From: Bifidobacterium breve
Lineage (GTDB): Bacteria; Bacteroidota; Bacteroidia; Flavobacteriales; Flavobacteriaceae
Length of the DNA: 38,162 nucleotides
Direction: 5' to 3'
Assembly (NCBI GenBank): GCA_943326765.2
Contig: CALPUN020000001.1
Span: 1 to 38,162, forward strand
The position numbers were made by a program, and so were the translations under genes. Below the pieces are notes generated by a model. The model was given only the letters and a program-made list of their open reading frames with translations. It did not search any database and was not told the origin of the DNA. Below are positions 17,678-27,495 of this stretch, in pieces; position 1 is the first letter of the stretch; each line of letters opens with the position of its first letter.

Positions 17678-18652
17678 ATGCATACCATTCAACAGTATCA
17701 GGAATTTCTTTTAGCTTATTTGAAAGCAGAGCAGCATGTCAAAGAGCCTAACAATTTGTACGAACCAATTCATTATATTTTAGGGTTAGGAGGGAAAAGA
17801 ATCCGTCCGGTACTGACTTTAATGTCTGCGGAAGTGTTTGGGGTTGCCTATGATAAAGCGCTTCCGGCGGCAATGGCGGTGGAGGTTTTCCATAATTTTT
17901 CATTGATTCACGACGACATTATGGACGACGCTCCTTTGCGAAGAGGCCATGAAACGGTTCATGAGAAATGGGATGTAAATACGGCCATTCTTTCGGGGGA
18001 TGCGATGTTAATTTTAGCCTACCAATATTTCGAAAAATACGAACCTATTATATTTAAAAAATTGGCAAAGTTGTTCAGCAAAACTGCTTTAGAAGTTTGC
18101 GAAGGCCAACAATGGGATGTCGATTTCGAGCATCGCGATGACGTAACAATTCCACAGTATTTGAAAATGATCGAATACAAAACTGCTGTTTTAGTGGCGG
18201 CTTCTATGAAAATGGGAGCTATTATTGCTGAAACATCAGAAGAAAATGCGACTTTAATATACGATTTTGGACGAAATTTAGGGCTAGCATTCCAGTTGCA
18301 AGACGATTACCTGGATGCTTTTGGCGACCCAGAAACTTTCGGAAAACAAGTGGGAGGCGATATTATAGAAAACAAAAAAACATACCTGTATTTGATGGCT
18401 AATGCCAATGCGTCTTCGGATGAAAAAGAACAATTGATGCATTTGTATTCCATTCAACCACAAGACAATTCGGATAAAATTAATTCGGTAAAGTCAATCT
18501 TTACGGCAACTGGAGCAGCAGCTGCTACTCAAAAAGCAATTGTTGAGTTCACCATGAAAGCCTTTGAAACCCTTGAAAAAATCAATATCGCTGCAGAGAA
18601 TAAAATGGTCTTGCGCGCTTTTGGCGAGAAGTTAATGGGACGCAAAGTTTAG
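17678..18652 (+). CDS. Polyprenyl synthetase (IspA-like; FPP/GGPP synthase)
   Basis: GGKRIRP, HNFSLIHDDIMDDAPLRRG (FARM), FQLQDDYLD (SARM) and GGDIIENKKT motifs. Confidence 0.95.
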   Translation: MHTIQQYQEFLLAYLKAEQHVKEPNNLYEPIHYILGLGGKRIRPVLTLMSAEVFGVAYDKALPAAMAVEVFHNFSLIHDDIMDDAPLRRGHETVHEKWDVNTAILSGDAMLILAYQYFEKYEPIIFKKLAKLFSKTALEVCEGQQWDVDFEHRDDVTIPQYLKMIEYKTAVLVAASMKMGAIIAETSEENATLIYDFGRNLGLAFQLQDDYLDAFGDPETFGKQVGGDIIENKKTYLYLMANANASSDEKEQLMHLYSIQPQDNSDKINSVKSIFTATGAAAATQKAIVEFTMKAFETLEKINIAAENKMVLRAFGEKLMGRKV

Positions 18653-18682
18653 CCTAATCAATCTTGGATTTTTTACTTTTGA

Positions 18683-19408
18683 ATGAAAAAAGACCTATTC
18701 TTCAACGATGCCAATCACCAAACTAAAAGACAACTTACTTTAGCTGTTTTTTTTACGATTTTCACCATTGTTGCCTTAGGAATTGATTCTGTTTTTTTTA
18801 CCCAAACGTATTTTGACGCGAGGCAGATTACCAATGTTTTAGTGGTAATTTATTTTGCAATGCTCTTTGTTGCATCCAATGCACCTTTGAGAAAACTCAT
18901 GTTTGTGATGGTTTTCCTGTCGTATGTTGGAGAATTGCTGTTTTGTAAAGTATTGGAAATGTATGCTTATCGCACGAATGCTATTCCGCTTTATGTTCCT
19001 TTTGGGCATGCAATAGTTTACGCGTCAGGGTATATTTTTTCTCAAACGCAATGGGCAATTTCTAAAGAAAAGCAATTGCGAAGTTTTTTTGCCGTTTTCT
19101 TTGTATTGCTATTTCTCTCGGTAGGAATTTTTTGCAACGACAAGTTTTCACTACTTTTCGGGGTGTTATTTTTTGTGCTCTTAAAAAGAAAACATTGGCA
19201 AAATCTTTATTATTTTATTGCACTTTGTGTTATCTTTATAGAACTAGCAGGAACCTATTTTGGCTGTTGGGCTTGGACGCCAAAAACTTTTGGAGTCATT
19301 CCGGCCGCCAACCCGCCCATGGGAGCTGTTTTTTTCTACGCTGGGGGCGATGTGCTCTTAGTTAAAATAAGTACACTTTGGGAGACCAAAAAAGTAAAAT
19401 CAATATAA
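18683..19408 (+). CDS. Integral membrane protein of unknown function
   Basis: 241-aa ORF with about 7 hydrophobic segments, same strand and tightly spaced between neighbours. Confidence 0.75.
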   Translation: MKKDLFFNDANHQTKRQLTLAVFFTIFTIVALGIDSVFFTQTYFDARQITNVLVVIYFAMLFVASNAPLRKLMFVMVFLSYVGELLFCKVLEMYAYRTNAIPLYVPFGHAIVYASGYIFSQTQWAISKEKQLRSFFAVFFVLLFLSVGIFCNDKFSLLFGVLFFVLLKRKHWQNLYYFIALCVIFIELAGTYFGCWAWTPKTFGVIPAANPPMGAVFFYAGGDVLLVKISTLWETKKVKSI

Positions 19409-19415
19409 TATTTTA

Positions 19416-19769
19416 ATGAATTTCATTGCCCCAACATCTCCAAGTGCTTTACTATCTGAAGCGGAAACCGAAAATTTGTACCTCAAACTGATTGAACAAA
19501 TCAACAAAGATTTTAACCTGTCCAACGAAGGAATTGACTTCCCATTGAGTACCAACCCTCAAGAATTGCTAGTACAATTGCATGAAAAAATCTATCGCTT
19601 GATTCAATACAAATTCGCAGAATATTTGAATTTGCTATACATCATTGATGTTTCGGAAGAACAAATCAAAAAATTAGACGGCTCGGACATTGTTGAACTT
19701 TCCAAACAAGTTGCCTTTTTAATTTTAAAAAGAGAATGGCAAAAAGTGTGGTTTAGAAATAAATTCTAA
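19416..19769 (+). CDS. Hypothetical protein
   Basis: 117-aa ORF; FAEYLNLLYIIDVSEEQIK and ILKREWQKVWFR resemble a conserved Bacteroidota family (recalled). Confidence 0.8.
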   Translation: MNFIAPTSPSALLSEAETENLYLKLIEQINKDFNLSNEGIDFPLSTNPQELLVQLHEKIYRLIQYKFAEYLNLLYIIDVSEEQIKKLDGSDIVELSKQVAFLILKREWQKVWFRNKF

Positions 19770-20298
19770 TAAAAGGCATAAAGGCATCGCTATAAACAAA
19801 ATCGTTTTTGTTATATAAAACATTATACCGAACGCCAATAGTAATATTTTCAGTTCTATATCCTGCCCCTAAAAACAAAGCAGTATTCCAAAAATTGTCT
19901 TTCAATGTTGAGGAAGTAAAGCTTTGATTCACCCGCAATTGCTCCAATTCAGCAGAGATTTGAATTTTCTCCACGGGATTGAACAACCCAATCAAACTCC
20001 CACCATAAATATAAGATTCATAACTGTTTTTCACTCGGGCGTAACTTCCTTGCATACCCACCCCAAGTGATACATAAGAATTCAAATTGTAAATAGCACT
20101 TGGCGCTAGAGTCACATCCGTAAAATCCGAGCCAATATTCAATCCAAGGCCGCCGCCAAAATGAACATGTTGCCAAAAATCGCTTTGAGATTTAGGATGA
20201 GAATTAGCTGAAGTTTGCGCCAAAAACACTGTGGAAAAGAGTAGAAAAATAGCACTAAGAATGCGCTTAAAATCAAGAAGAATGGTGTGGGTTTTCAT
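19753..20298 (-). CDS. Putative outer-membrane beta-barrel protein
   Basis: Signal peptide; alternating aromatic/Gly beta strands (HFGGGLGLNIG, LFLGAGYR); C-terminal PFIRIYF. Confidence 0.75.
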   Translation of the reverse strand: MKTHTILLDFKRILSAIFLLFSTVFLAQTSANSHPKSQSDFWQHVHFGGGLGLNIGSDFTDVTLAPSAIYNLNSYVSLGVGMQGSYARVKNSYESYIYGGSLIGLFNPVEKIQISAELEQLRVNQSFTSSTLKDNFWNTALFLGAGYRTENITIGVRYNVLYNKNDFVYSDAFMPFIRIYF

Positions 20299-20367
20299 AA
20301 AATAGTCCGATTAATTTTAAAAAAGATAAAAGTATCTAAAATAATTAAAAATTTATACCATTTATTG

Positions 20368-20375
20368 TACTTTTG
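20368..20375 (+). promoter_or_regulatory. -7 promoter element of sucAB
   Basis: TACTTTTG 37 nt upstream of ATG 20413. Confidence 0.65.
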
Positions 20376-20412
20376 CGTAACTATTTTACAAATCAGGACA
20401 TTCAATAAATTT

Positions 20413-23187
20413 ATGGATAGGTTTTCCTTTTTAAACGCAGCACACACCGAGTTTTTCGCCGATTTATACGAGCAATATCTTCAAAATCCAGACAGCATCG
20501 AGCCCAGTTGGAGAAGTTTTTTCCAAGGCTTCGATTTTGGGATAACCACTTACAATCAAGAAGAAGCCATCAATCAAATGGCGAACATCGCTTCAGAGAA
20601 AGTAGGCGAAGGCCAGGTTTCTGAAAAAGTCCTAAAAGAATTTAACGTACTCAAATTAATCGACGGCTACCGAACTAGAGGACACTTGTTTACAGAAACC
20701 AATCCGGTTCGCGAACGAAGACACCATTTTCCAACGTTAGAATTGGAAAATTTCGGACTTACCAACGCCGATTTAAATACTGTTTTTGATGCCGCCAAAG
20801 TATTAGGCCACCAGCCTTCTACGCTGCAGGACATTCTCAAACATCTGAAAAATGTATATTGCCAACATATTGGAATCGAGTACATGTACATGAGAAATCC
20901 ACAAGTAATTCAGTGGATTCAAGACCGCATCAATATCAATGACAACCAACCTAACTTTGATGCCGAGCAAAAGCAACATATTTTAAGCAAACTCAACGAA
21001 GCCGTTTCTTTCGAGAATTTCTTGCACACCAAATACGTAGGTCAAAAACGATTCTCCTTAGAAGGAGGTGAATCCATCATCCCGGCGCTAGATGCTTTAA
21101 TCGAAGCTGCCGCTGAAAAAGGGGTAGAACAATTCGTGATGGGAATGGCACATCGGGGGCGTTTGAATGTTTTGGCCAATATCTTCCGAAAATCAACCCA
21201 AGACATTTTCTCTGAATTCGACGGAAAAGATTACGATCAAGAATATTTCGACGGTGACGTAAAATACCATTTGGGGTTAACCTCTGATAGAAAAACACGC
21301 ACCGGAAAACATATCAATATCAATTTAGCTCCCAATCCGTCACACCTCGAAACCGTTGGCGCCGTGATTGAAGGAATTACACGAGCCAAACAAGATCACT
21401 ATTTCCCAGATGATTTTTCCAAAGTATTGCCCATTGCCGTACACGGAGATGCCGCAGTAGCCGGACAAGGAATTGTCTATGAAATTGTACAAATGGCGCA
21501 ACTCGATGGTTACAAAACCGGAGGAACCATTCATTTAATCATCAACAACCAAGTGGGTTTCACCACCAATTATCAAGACGCTCGCTCATCAACGTATTGC
21601 ACCGATGTAGCCAAAGTAACTTTATCACCCGTATTGCACGTCAATGCCGATGATGCGGAAGCCGTAGTGCATGCGATGTTGTTTGCGTTGGATTTCAGAA
21701 TGCAATTCGGACGCGACGTTTTCGTAGATTTATTAGGCTACCGAAAATACGGACATAACGAAGGAGATGAACCCCGTTTCACCCAACCCGTGTTGTATAA
21801 AATTATTGCCAAACATCAAAATCCTAGAGATATTTACGCCGCTAAATTGTTAGCACAAGGCGTTATCGATGGCAATTTTGTAAAGAATTTAGAAGCGTCA
21901 TACAAACAAGATTTAGATCAAAATTTAGAGGCGTCTCGTAAAAAAGATTTAACCATTATCACGCCGTTCATGCAAAACGAATGGCTAGGGTTCAAACAAG
22001 TTTCCGATGATGTCATGTTGCAAAAAGTCGATACCACATTCCCTAAAAAGGGATTAACCGAAATCGCCGAAGTGATTTGCAATTTACCCAAAGACAAAAA
22101 GTTCATCAGCAAAATCGAAAAGCTCATCAACGATCGAAAAACCATGTTCTTCGAAACCGATAAGCTCGATTGGGCGATGGCCGAATTCCTAGCCTACGGA
22201 TCGTTACTAACCGAAGGATACAACGTGCGCATTTCCGGACAAGACGTAGAACGAGGTACGTTCTCGCACCGTCACGCTGTCGTAAAAGTAGAAGACAGCG
22301 AAGAAGAAGTAATTTTACTGAACAATCTTAAAAATGCGAAAGGAAAATTCAACATCTATAATTCCTTATTGTCAGAATATGGGGTGCTAGGTTTCGACTA
22401 CGGTTATGCTTTAGCCAGCCCAAAAACGTTGACTATTTGGGAAGCGCAATTTGGTGATTTCAGCAATGGTGCCCAAATTATGATTGACCAATATATTTCT
22501 TGTGGGGAAGACAAATGGAACAACCAAAACGGAATCGTATTGTTATTGCCACACGGCTATGAAGGTCAAGGCGCGGAGCACTCTTCGGCAAGAATGGAAC
22601 GCTATCTGCAATTGTGTGCTCGTCACAACATGTTTGTAGCCGATTGTACCACGCCAGCCAATTTCTACCATTTGCTAAGACGCCAAATGAAAACAGAATT
22701 CCGCAAACCACTAATCGTGTTTACTCCGAAAAGTTTGTTGCGTGATTCAAGAGTGGTTTCGTCTGTTGAAGAGTTTGCTACAGGAACTTTCCAAGAAACC
22801 ATCGACGATACCTCGGCAAACAAAAAAGACGTAAAAACACTCGTATTCTGTACCGGAAAATTCTATTACGACCTCGATGCCGAAAGAGCCAATATAAACC
22901 GAAAAGACGTCGCTATTGTCCGAATCGAACAATTATTCCCGCTACCCGTCGAACAATTAAAAGCGATTATCGCATCATACCCAAACGCCGACGATTACGT
23001 TTGGGCGCAAGAAGAACCCAAAAACATGGGGGCTTACAGCTTTATGTTGATGAATTTCAACTTGGTACAATGGCGATTAGCCTCGCTAAAAGCCTACGCC
23101 GCACCAGCAGCAGGAAGCTATACCCGAGCCAAACGCCGCCATGCTGATGCCATCCGAATGGTATTTGATAAAAATTTATTTCAATAA
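20413..23187 (+). CDS. sucA: 2-oxoglutarate dehydrogenase E1 component
   Basis: GQKRFSLEGGE, GMAHRGRLNVL, GDVKYHLG, HGDAAVAGQG (ThDP-binding) and LPHGYEGQGAEHSSAR motifs. Confidence 0.98.
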   Translation: MDRFSFLNAAHTEFFADLYEQYLQNPDSIEPSWRSFFQGFDFGITTYNQEEAINQMANIASEKVGEGQVSEKVLKEFNVLKLIDGYRTRGHLFTETNPVRERRHHFPTLELENFGLTNADLNTVFDAAKVLGHQPSTLQDILKHLKNVYCQHIGIEYMYMRNPQVIQWIQDRININDNQPNFDAEQKQHILSKLNEAVSFENFLHTKYVGQKRFSLEGGESIIPALDALIEAAAEKGVEQFVMGMAHRGRLNVLANIFRKSTQDIFSEFDGKDYDQEYFDGDVKYHLGLTSDRKTRTGKHININLAPNPSHLETVGAVIEGITRAKQDHYFPDDFSKVLPIAVHGDAAVAGQGIVYEIVQMAQLDGYKTGGTIHLIINNQVGFTTNYQDARSSTYCTDVAKVTLSPVLHVNADDAEAVVHAMLFALDFRMQFGRDVFVDLLGYRKYGHNEGDEPRFTQPVLYKIIAKHQNPRDIYAAKLLAQGVIDGNFVKNLEASYKQDLDQNLEASRKKDLTIITPFMQNEWLGFKQVSDDVMLQKVDTTFPKKGLTEIAEVICNLPKDKKFISKIEKLINDRKTMFFETDKLDWAMAEFLAYGSLLTEGYNVRISGQDVERGTFSHRHAVVKVEDSEEEVILLNNLKNAKGKFNIYNSLLSEYGVLGFDYGYALASPKTLTIWEAQFGDFSNGAQIMIDQYISCGEDKWNNQNGIVLLLPHGYEGQGAEHSSARMERYLQLCARHNMFVADCTTPANFYHLLRRQMKTEFRKPLIVFTPKSLLRDSRVVSSVEEFATGTFQETIDDTSANKKDVKTLVFCTGKFYYDLDAERANINRKDVAIVRIEQLFPLPVEQLKAIIASYPNADDYVWAQEEPKNMGAYSFMLMNFNLVQWRLASLKAYAAPAAGSYTRAKRRHADAIRMVFDKNLFQ

Positions 23188-23190
23188 TGA

Positions 23191-23322
23191 GAAGCTATTT
23201 CCTGCTGTCCACTGACCCGAGCGAAGCGAATTGACCGAACACATATAAAAAGTCATTAGCTTTGTGAGGTAATCTTTTGCGGCGAACACCGCCACAAAAG
23301 GATGCCGTTCCCATCAGGGCTA
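23191..23322 (-). ncRNA. Flavo-1-like structured repeat, interrupted by a ~55-bp insert (about 23215-23269)
   Basis: Minus strand AGCCCTGATGGGAACGGCATCC-TTTTGTGGCG GTGTT CGCCGCAAAA-GATTAC[insert]AGTGGACAGCAGGAAATAGCTTC; shares its core with 10185-10266. Confidence 0.5.
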
Positions 23323-23385
23323 GAATATACACAACGAATGACGTTTCTTGACATAAGAAACACCAACCTTTAAACGAAAAGAATC

Positions 23386-24597
23386 ATGATTTTAGAAATG
23401 AAAGTCCCTTCTCCGGGGGAATCCATCAAAGAAGTTGAAATCGCTACTTGGTTAGTCAAAGACGGCGATTATGTAGAAAAAGACCAAGCCATTGCTGAAG
23501 TTGATTCAGACAAAGCTACTCTAGAATTGCCAGCCGAAGCCAGCGGAATCATCACCCTAAAAGCCGAAGAAGGCGACGCCGTTGCTGTTGGTTCCGTAGT
23601 ATGTCTAATCGATACCGACGGAGCAAAACCATCAGGAAGCGCTTCAGTTGGAGAAACCAAACCAGTAGCCGAAGTAAAAGTAGAAGCGCCAAAGGCAGTA
23701 GCTCCAACAACGACTTATGCTACGAATACACCTTCACCAGCAGCCAGAAAAATTTTGGATGAGAAAAATATCCAACCTTCCGATATCGTAGGGACAGGGA
23801 AAGACGGAAGAATTACCAAAGACGATGCCGTGAATGCGATACCATCTATGGGAACTCCAACGGGAGGATCCCGTGGATCTACCCGAACAAAATTATCGAT
23901 GTTGCGCAGAAAAGTAGCCGAAAGATTGGTGGCTGCTAAAAACGAAACCGCCATGTTAACCACCTTCAATGAAGTCAACATGACGCCGATTAATGAAATA
24001 CGAAACCAATACAAAGAGGCCTTCAAAGCCAAGCATGGCGGACTAGGTTTAGGCTATATGTCGTTCTTCACTAAAGCCGTAACCAGAGCCTTACAACTAT
24101 ATCCGGACGTGAACTCCATGATTGATGGGACCGACAAAATTGCATACGATTTCTGCGATATTTCAGTAGCCGTTTCAGGTCCAAAAGGATTAATGGTGCC
24201 CGTGGTTCGCTTCGCAGAAAAATTAACGTTTCGCGGTGTAGAAGCCGAAATCAAACGATTGGCAATTCGGGCTCGAGACGGGCAAATCACTGTAGATGAC
24301 ATGACCGGCGGAACGTTTACCATTTCTAATGGTGGTGTTTTCGGAAGCATGTTGAGCACACCAATTATCAACCCGCCACAATCGGGAATTTTAGGAATGC
24401 ACAACATTATTGAAAGACCAATTGCTGTAAACGGAAAAGTGGAAATTCACCCCATGATGTACGTTGCGTTATCGTATGACCACCGTATCATTGACGGTAG
24501 AGAATCAGTAGGGTTCTTGGTAGCTGTAAAAGAAGCGCTAGAAAATCCGTTGGAATTATTGATGAACGGTGATGCGAAAAAAGCATTAGAATTATAG
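23386..24597 (+). CDS. sucB: Dihydrolipoyllysine-residue succinyltransferase (E2 of OGDH)
   Basis: Lipoyl domain [10 protein letters not shown]; E3-binding [12 protein letters not shown]; catalytic SYDHRIIDG. Confidence 0.98.
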   Translation: MILEMKVPSPGESIKEVEIATWLVKDGDYVEKDQAIAEVDSDKATLELPAEASGIITLKAEEGDAVAVGSVVCLIDTDGAKPSGSASVGETKPVAEVKVEAPKAVAPTTTYATNTPSPAARKILDEKNIQPSDIVGTGKDGRITKDDAVNAIPSMGTPTGGSRGSTRTKLSMLRRKVAERLVAAKNETAMLTTFNEVNMTPINEIRNQYKEAFKAKHGGLGLGYMSFFTKAVTRALQLYPDVNSMIDGTDKIAYDFCDISVAVSGPKGLMVPVVRFAEKLTFRGVEAEIKRLAIRARDGQITVDDMTGGTFTISNGGVFGSMLSTPIINPPQSGILGMHNIIERPIAVNGKVEIHPMMYVALSYDHRIIDGRESVGFLVAVKEALENPLELLMNGDAKKALEL

Positions 24598-24636
24598 TTC
24601 TTAAAAAGAACCGAAAAATCACTTCATAAAAAAGAT

Positions 24637-24666
24637 TCCCGTTTAGAAAACTAAGCGGGATTTTTT
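24637..24666 (+). terminator. Intrinsic terminator after sucB
   Basis: TCCCGTTTAG-AAAA-CTAAGCGGGA followed by TTTTTT. Confidence 0.8.
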
Positions 24667-24696
24667 ATTTATTTGTACTATTACTAAAGGAACCTA

Positions 24697-25908
24697 ATGA
24701 AACAAAACCAAAAGTCGGCCGCTATCGGATTTATTTTCATCACCATGCTTATCGATGTGACGGGCTGGGGCATTATCATTCCGGTAATCCCAAAATTAAT
24801 CAAAGAACTGATTAATGGCGATATTAGTGAAGCAGCGAAATATGGAGGATGGTTAACGTTTGCTTACGCAATGACTCAATTTATATTTGCACCTTTAATA
24901 GGAAATTTAAGCGATCAATTCGGAAGAAGACCTATTATTTTACTAGCGCTTTTAGGATTTGCGATGGATTACTTGTTGTTGTCTTTCGCCCCTACCATTG
25001 GATGGTTGTTTTTAGGAAGGATATTAGCGGGAGTAACTGGTGCTAGCATAACTACAGCCTCCGCCTATATAGCCGATATAAGTACCGAAGAAAATCGAGC
25101 AAAAAACTTCGGAATGATTGGCGCGGCATTCGGAATGGGATTCGTAATCGGACCCGTAATTGGAGGATTGCTCGGACAATTTGGTTCAAGAGTACCTTTT
25201 TACGCCGCAGCAGCTTTGTGCTTCATCAATTTCTTGTACGGCTATTTTATTCTGCCCGAATCCTTGCCCAAAGAAAATCGAAGAGCCTTCGAATGGAAAA
25301 AAGCCAATCCCGTCAGTGCTCTTTTAAAACTGAGAAAACACCCTAAATTATTAGGATTAATGTCGGCAACATTTCTTCTTTATTTAGGATCCCAAGCGGT
25401 TCAAAGCAATTGGAGTTATTTTACCATGTATCGTTTTCACTGGGATGAAAAGATGGTGGGTATATCACTAGGAATCATAGGGGTTTTAGTAGGTTTGGTA
25501 CAAGGAGTTTTAATCCGTTGGATCAATCCCAAATTAGGAAATAAAAAAAGTATATTTCTAGGAATGGCATTGTATACTGCGGGGATGTTTTTGTTTGCCT
25601 CGGCAACACAAAGCTGGATGATCTTCATTTTTTTAGTTCCGTATTGTTTGGGTGGAATTGCAGGACCAGCCATACAGTCGTTGATTTCTTCTCAAGTTTC
25701 TCCAAAAGAACAAGGAGAAATACAAGGGACTTTAGCCAGTTTGATGAGTGCTAGTGCTATTATTGGCCCACCGCTAATGTCGAGTACGTTTTATTATTTT
25801 ACACACTCCGAAGCACCTTTTCAATTTGCAGGAGCTACTTTTGTTTTGGGCGGTGTCTTAATGTTTCTCAGTACAGTCGTTATTTACGGCTCTCTAAAAA
25901 AACAATAA
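24697..25908 (+). CDS. TCR/Tet family MFS transporter
   Basis: GNLSDQFGRRP (motif A), GRILAGVTGA, AYIADIS and GFVIGPVIGG (motif C). Confidence 0.92.
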   Translation: MKQNQKSAAIGFIFITMLIDVTGWGIIIPVIPKLIKELINGDISEAAKYGGWLTFAYAMTQFIFAPLIGNLSDQFGRRPIILLALLGFAMDYLLLSFAPTIGWLFLGRILAGVTGASITTASAYIADISTEENRAKNFGMIGAAFGMGFVIGPVIGGLLGQFGSRVPFYAAAALCFINFLYGYFILPESLPKENRRAFEWKKANPVSALLKLRKHPKLLGLMSATFLLYLGSQAVQSNWSYFTMYRFHWDEKMVGISLGIIGVLVGLVQGVLIRWINPKLGNKKSIFLGMALYTAGMFLFASATQSWMIFIFLVPYCLGGIAGPAIQSLISSQVSPKEQGEIQGTLASLMSASAIIGPPLMSSTFYYFTHSEAPFQFAGATFVLGGVLMFLSTVVIYGSLKKQ

Positions 25909-26114
25909 AAAAACCATTTCTATTTTCTAAGAGACGGGCTTTTTAGCTTTAGTTTTAGGGTTTGTTCTTTACGAATGGTAAGGATTATTTATTCCGCTGC
26001 GCCCTTGCTTTTACAAAGTAAGTCTGGAGACAGATCCAAGTTCGATTTACAATCATGAACTTCTTGCACTAAAACAGGTACTCAATAAGGGCTGATTTTG
26101 AATTAGAATTCGAT

Positions 26115-26552
26115 TTACCGCAAGTACAAACAATGGTTGTAATAGTCAATAATTGCTTTGCCTTCGAGCAAAACATCAGCTCCAATAATGCCTTGAACTG
26201 GCTTAGCTTTGTGGTCGGTAAGGGCTTGATTCACATGCGATAAATCGAAAATCACCAAATGAAAATCCTTGTTTTTCCAGGTGCCAATTTGAAGATGGTT
26301 GCTCTTGGCCAATTGGGTAAACATTCCCGTAGCCCCAGCGCCTGCTGCTTTGGTTTTTGATTTTCTAGCAGTCAATTGAAACAGCTCGATGCACTCAAAT
26401 CCGACACAACTATTACTGGCGCCTGTGTCTAAAATAAAATTTCCTTTCACCCCATTAATGTTTACTTTAATAAGTAAATGCTGCGTTTTTGTGACTTTGA
26501 ATTTAATTTTTTTGTAGTTTTCTTTCTGGAGAATCTCGTGGAGGTTTTTCAT
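26115..26552 (-). CDS. Retropepsin-like aspartic protease
   Basis: FILDTGASNS catalytic motif and GIIGADVL; start probably ATG 26552. Confidence 0.88.
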   Translation of the reverse strand: MKNLHEILQKENYKKIKFKVTKTQHLLIKVNINGVKGNFILDTGASNSCVGFECIELFQLTARKSKTKAAGAGATGMFTQLAKSNHLQIGTWKNKDFHLVIFDLSHVNQALTDHKAKPVQGIIGADVLLEGKAIIDYYNHCLYLR

Positions 26553-26649
26553 TTTTTGATGTAACGGCATAAAGTTTCGTTCCAAAGTTCGCAAAGTTTT
26601 AGTGAATTCTTTCTTTTATATTGTAGTTTTGAATTTTAAATTTTGAGTT

Positions 26650-27429
26650 TTGAAATCAAGCCTACTAATTACCGATACGCACACCCATCTTTACAGCGAA
26701 GAATTCGATCAAGATCGGAACGAAATGATGCAACGGGCTATCAATGCCGGTGTTTCTCGTTTTTTTGTTCCAGCAATCGACTCTACTTGCACCCAAGGGA
26801 TGTACACTCTAGAGCACGAGTTTCCGGAGCACATTTTCTTGATGATGGGATTACATCCTACTTATGTCAAAGAAAATTACGAAAGCGAACTGGAACATGT
26901 AGCTGCTGAATTGGCCAAAAGAAAATTCTTTGCCGTCGGAGAAATTGGCATCGATTTGTATTGGGACAAAACCCATTTGGCCGAACAACAAATCGCTTTT
27001 CGACGCCAAATTCAACTCGCTAAACAGTATCAATTGCCAATAGTCATTCATTGTCGCGACGCCTTTGATGAAATTTTTGAAATATTGGAAGAAGAAAAAG
27101 GGGCAGCATTGTTCGGAATATTTCATTGTTTTACCGGAACCTACGAGCAAGCACTACAAGCCATTTCCTATAATATGAAACTCGGAATTGGCGGTGTCGT
27201 TACTTTTAAGAATGGAAAGATTGACCAATTTCTAAATCAAATCGACTTAAAACACATCGTCTTAGAGACCGACTCCCCTTATTTAGCACCGATTCCTTTT
27301 CGAGGTAAGCGAAATGAAAGCAGTTACCTTACTCAAGTGGTTGCTAAATTGGCGCTTCTTTACAATACTTCCGAAGCAGCCATCGCACAAGTTACTACCG
27401 AAAATTCGAAAGCCATATTTGGGATTTAA
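26650..27429 (+). CDS. tatD: TatD family hydrolase
   Basis: DTHTHL, GLHP, AVGEIGIDLYW, PIVIHCRDA and LETDSPYLAP motifs; TTG start. Confidence 0.93.
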   Translation: MKSSLLITDTHTHLYSEEFDQDRNEMMQRAINAGVSRFFVPAIDSTCTQGMYTLEHEFPEHIFLMMGLHPTYVKENYESELEHVAAELAKRKFFAVGEIGIDLYWDKTHLAEQQIAFRRQIQLAKQYQLPIVIHCRDAFDEIFEILEEEKGAALFGIFHCFTGTYEQALQAISYNMKLGIGGVVTFKNGKIDQFLNQIDLKHIVLETDSPYLAPIPFRGKRNESSYLTQVVAKLALLYNTSEAAIAQVTTENSKAIFGI

Positions 27430-27495
27430 TACCAAAAGGAATTCAAGATGTCAATAAAATTTTGTTCATTTGTTAAATAAAAATGATTTGTCCTG

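Noticed and set aside
24697-25908. Acquired tetracycline-resistance gene tetA
   Set aside because: Only family-level MFS motifs; no adjacent tetR or mobile element; embedded among housekeeping genes.
25970-26060. 23-aa minus-strand ORF (MIVNRTWICLQTYFVKARAQRNK) in the MFS-protease gap
   Set aside because: Too short, with no motif or promoter support.
26571-26600. Three AAAGTT direct repeats upstream of the protease gene
   Set aside because: Short and irregularly spaced; plausibly promoter sequence or chance in AT-rich DNA.
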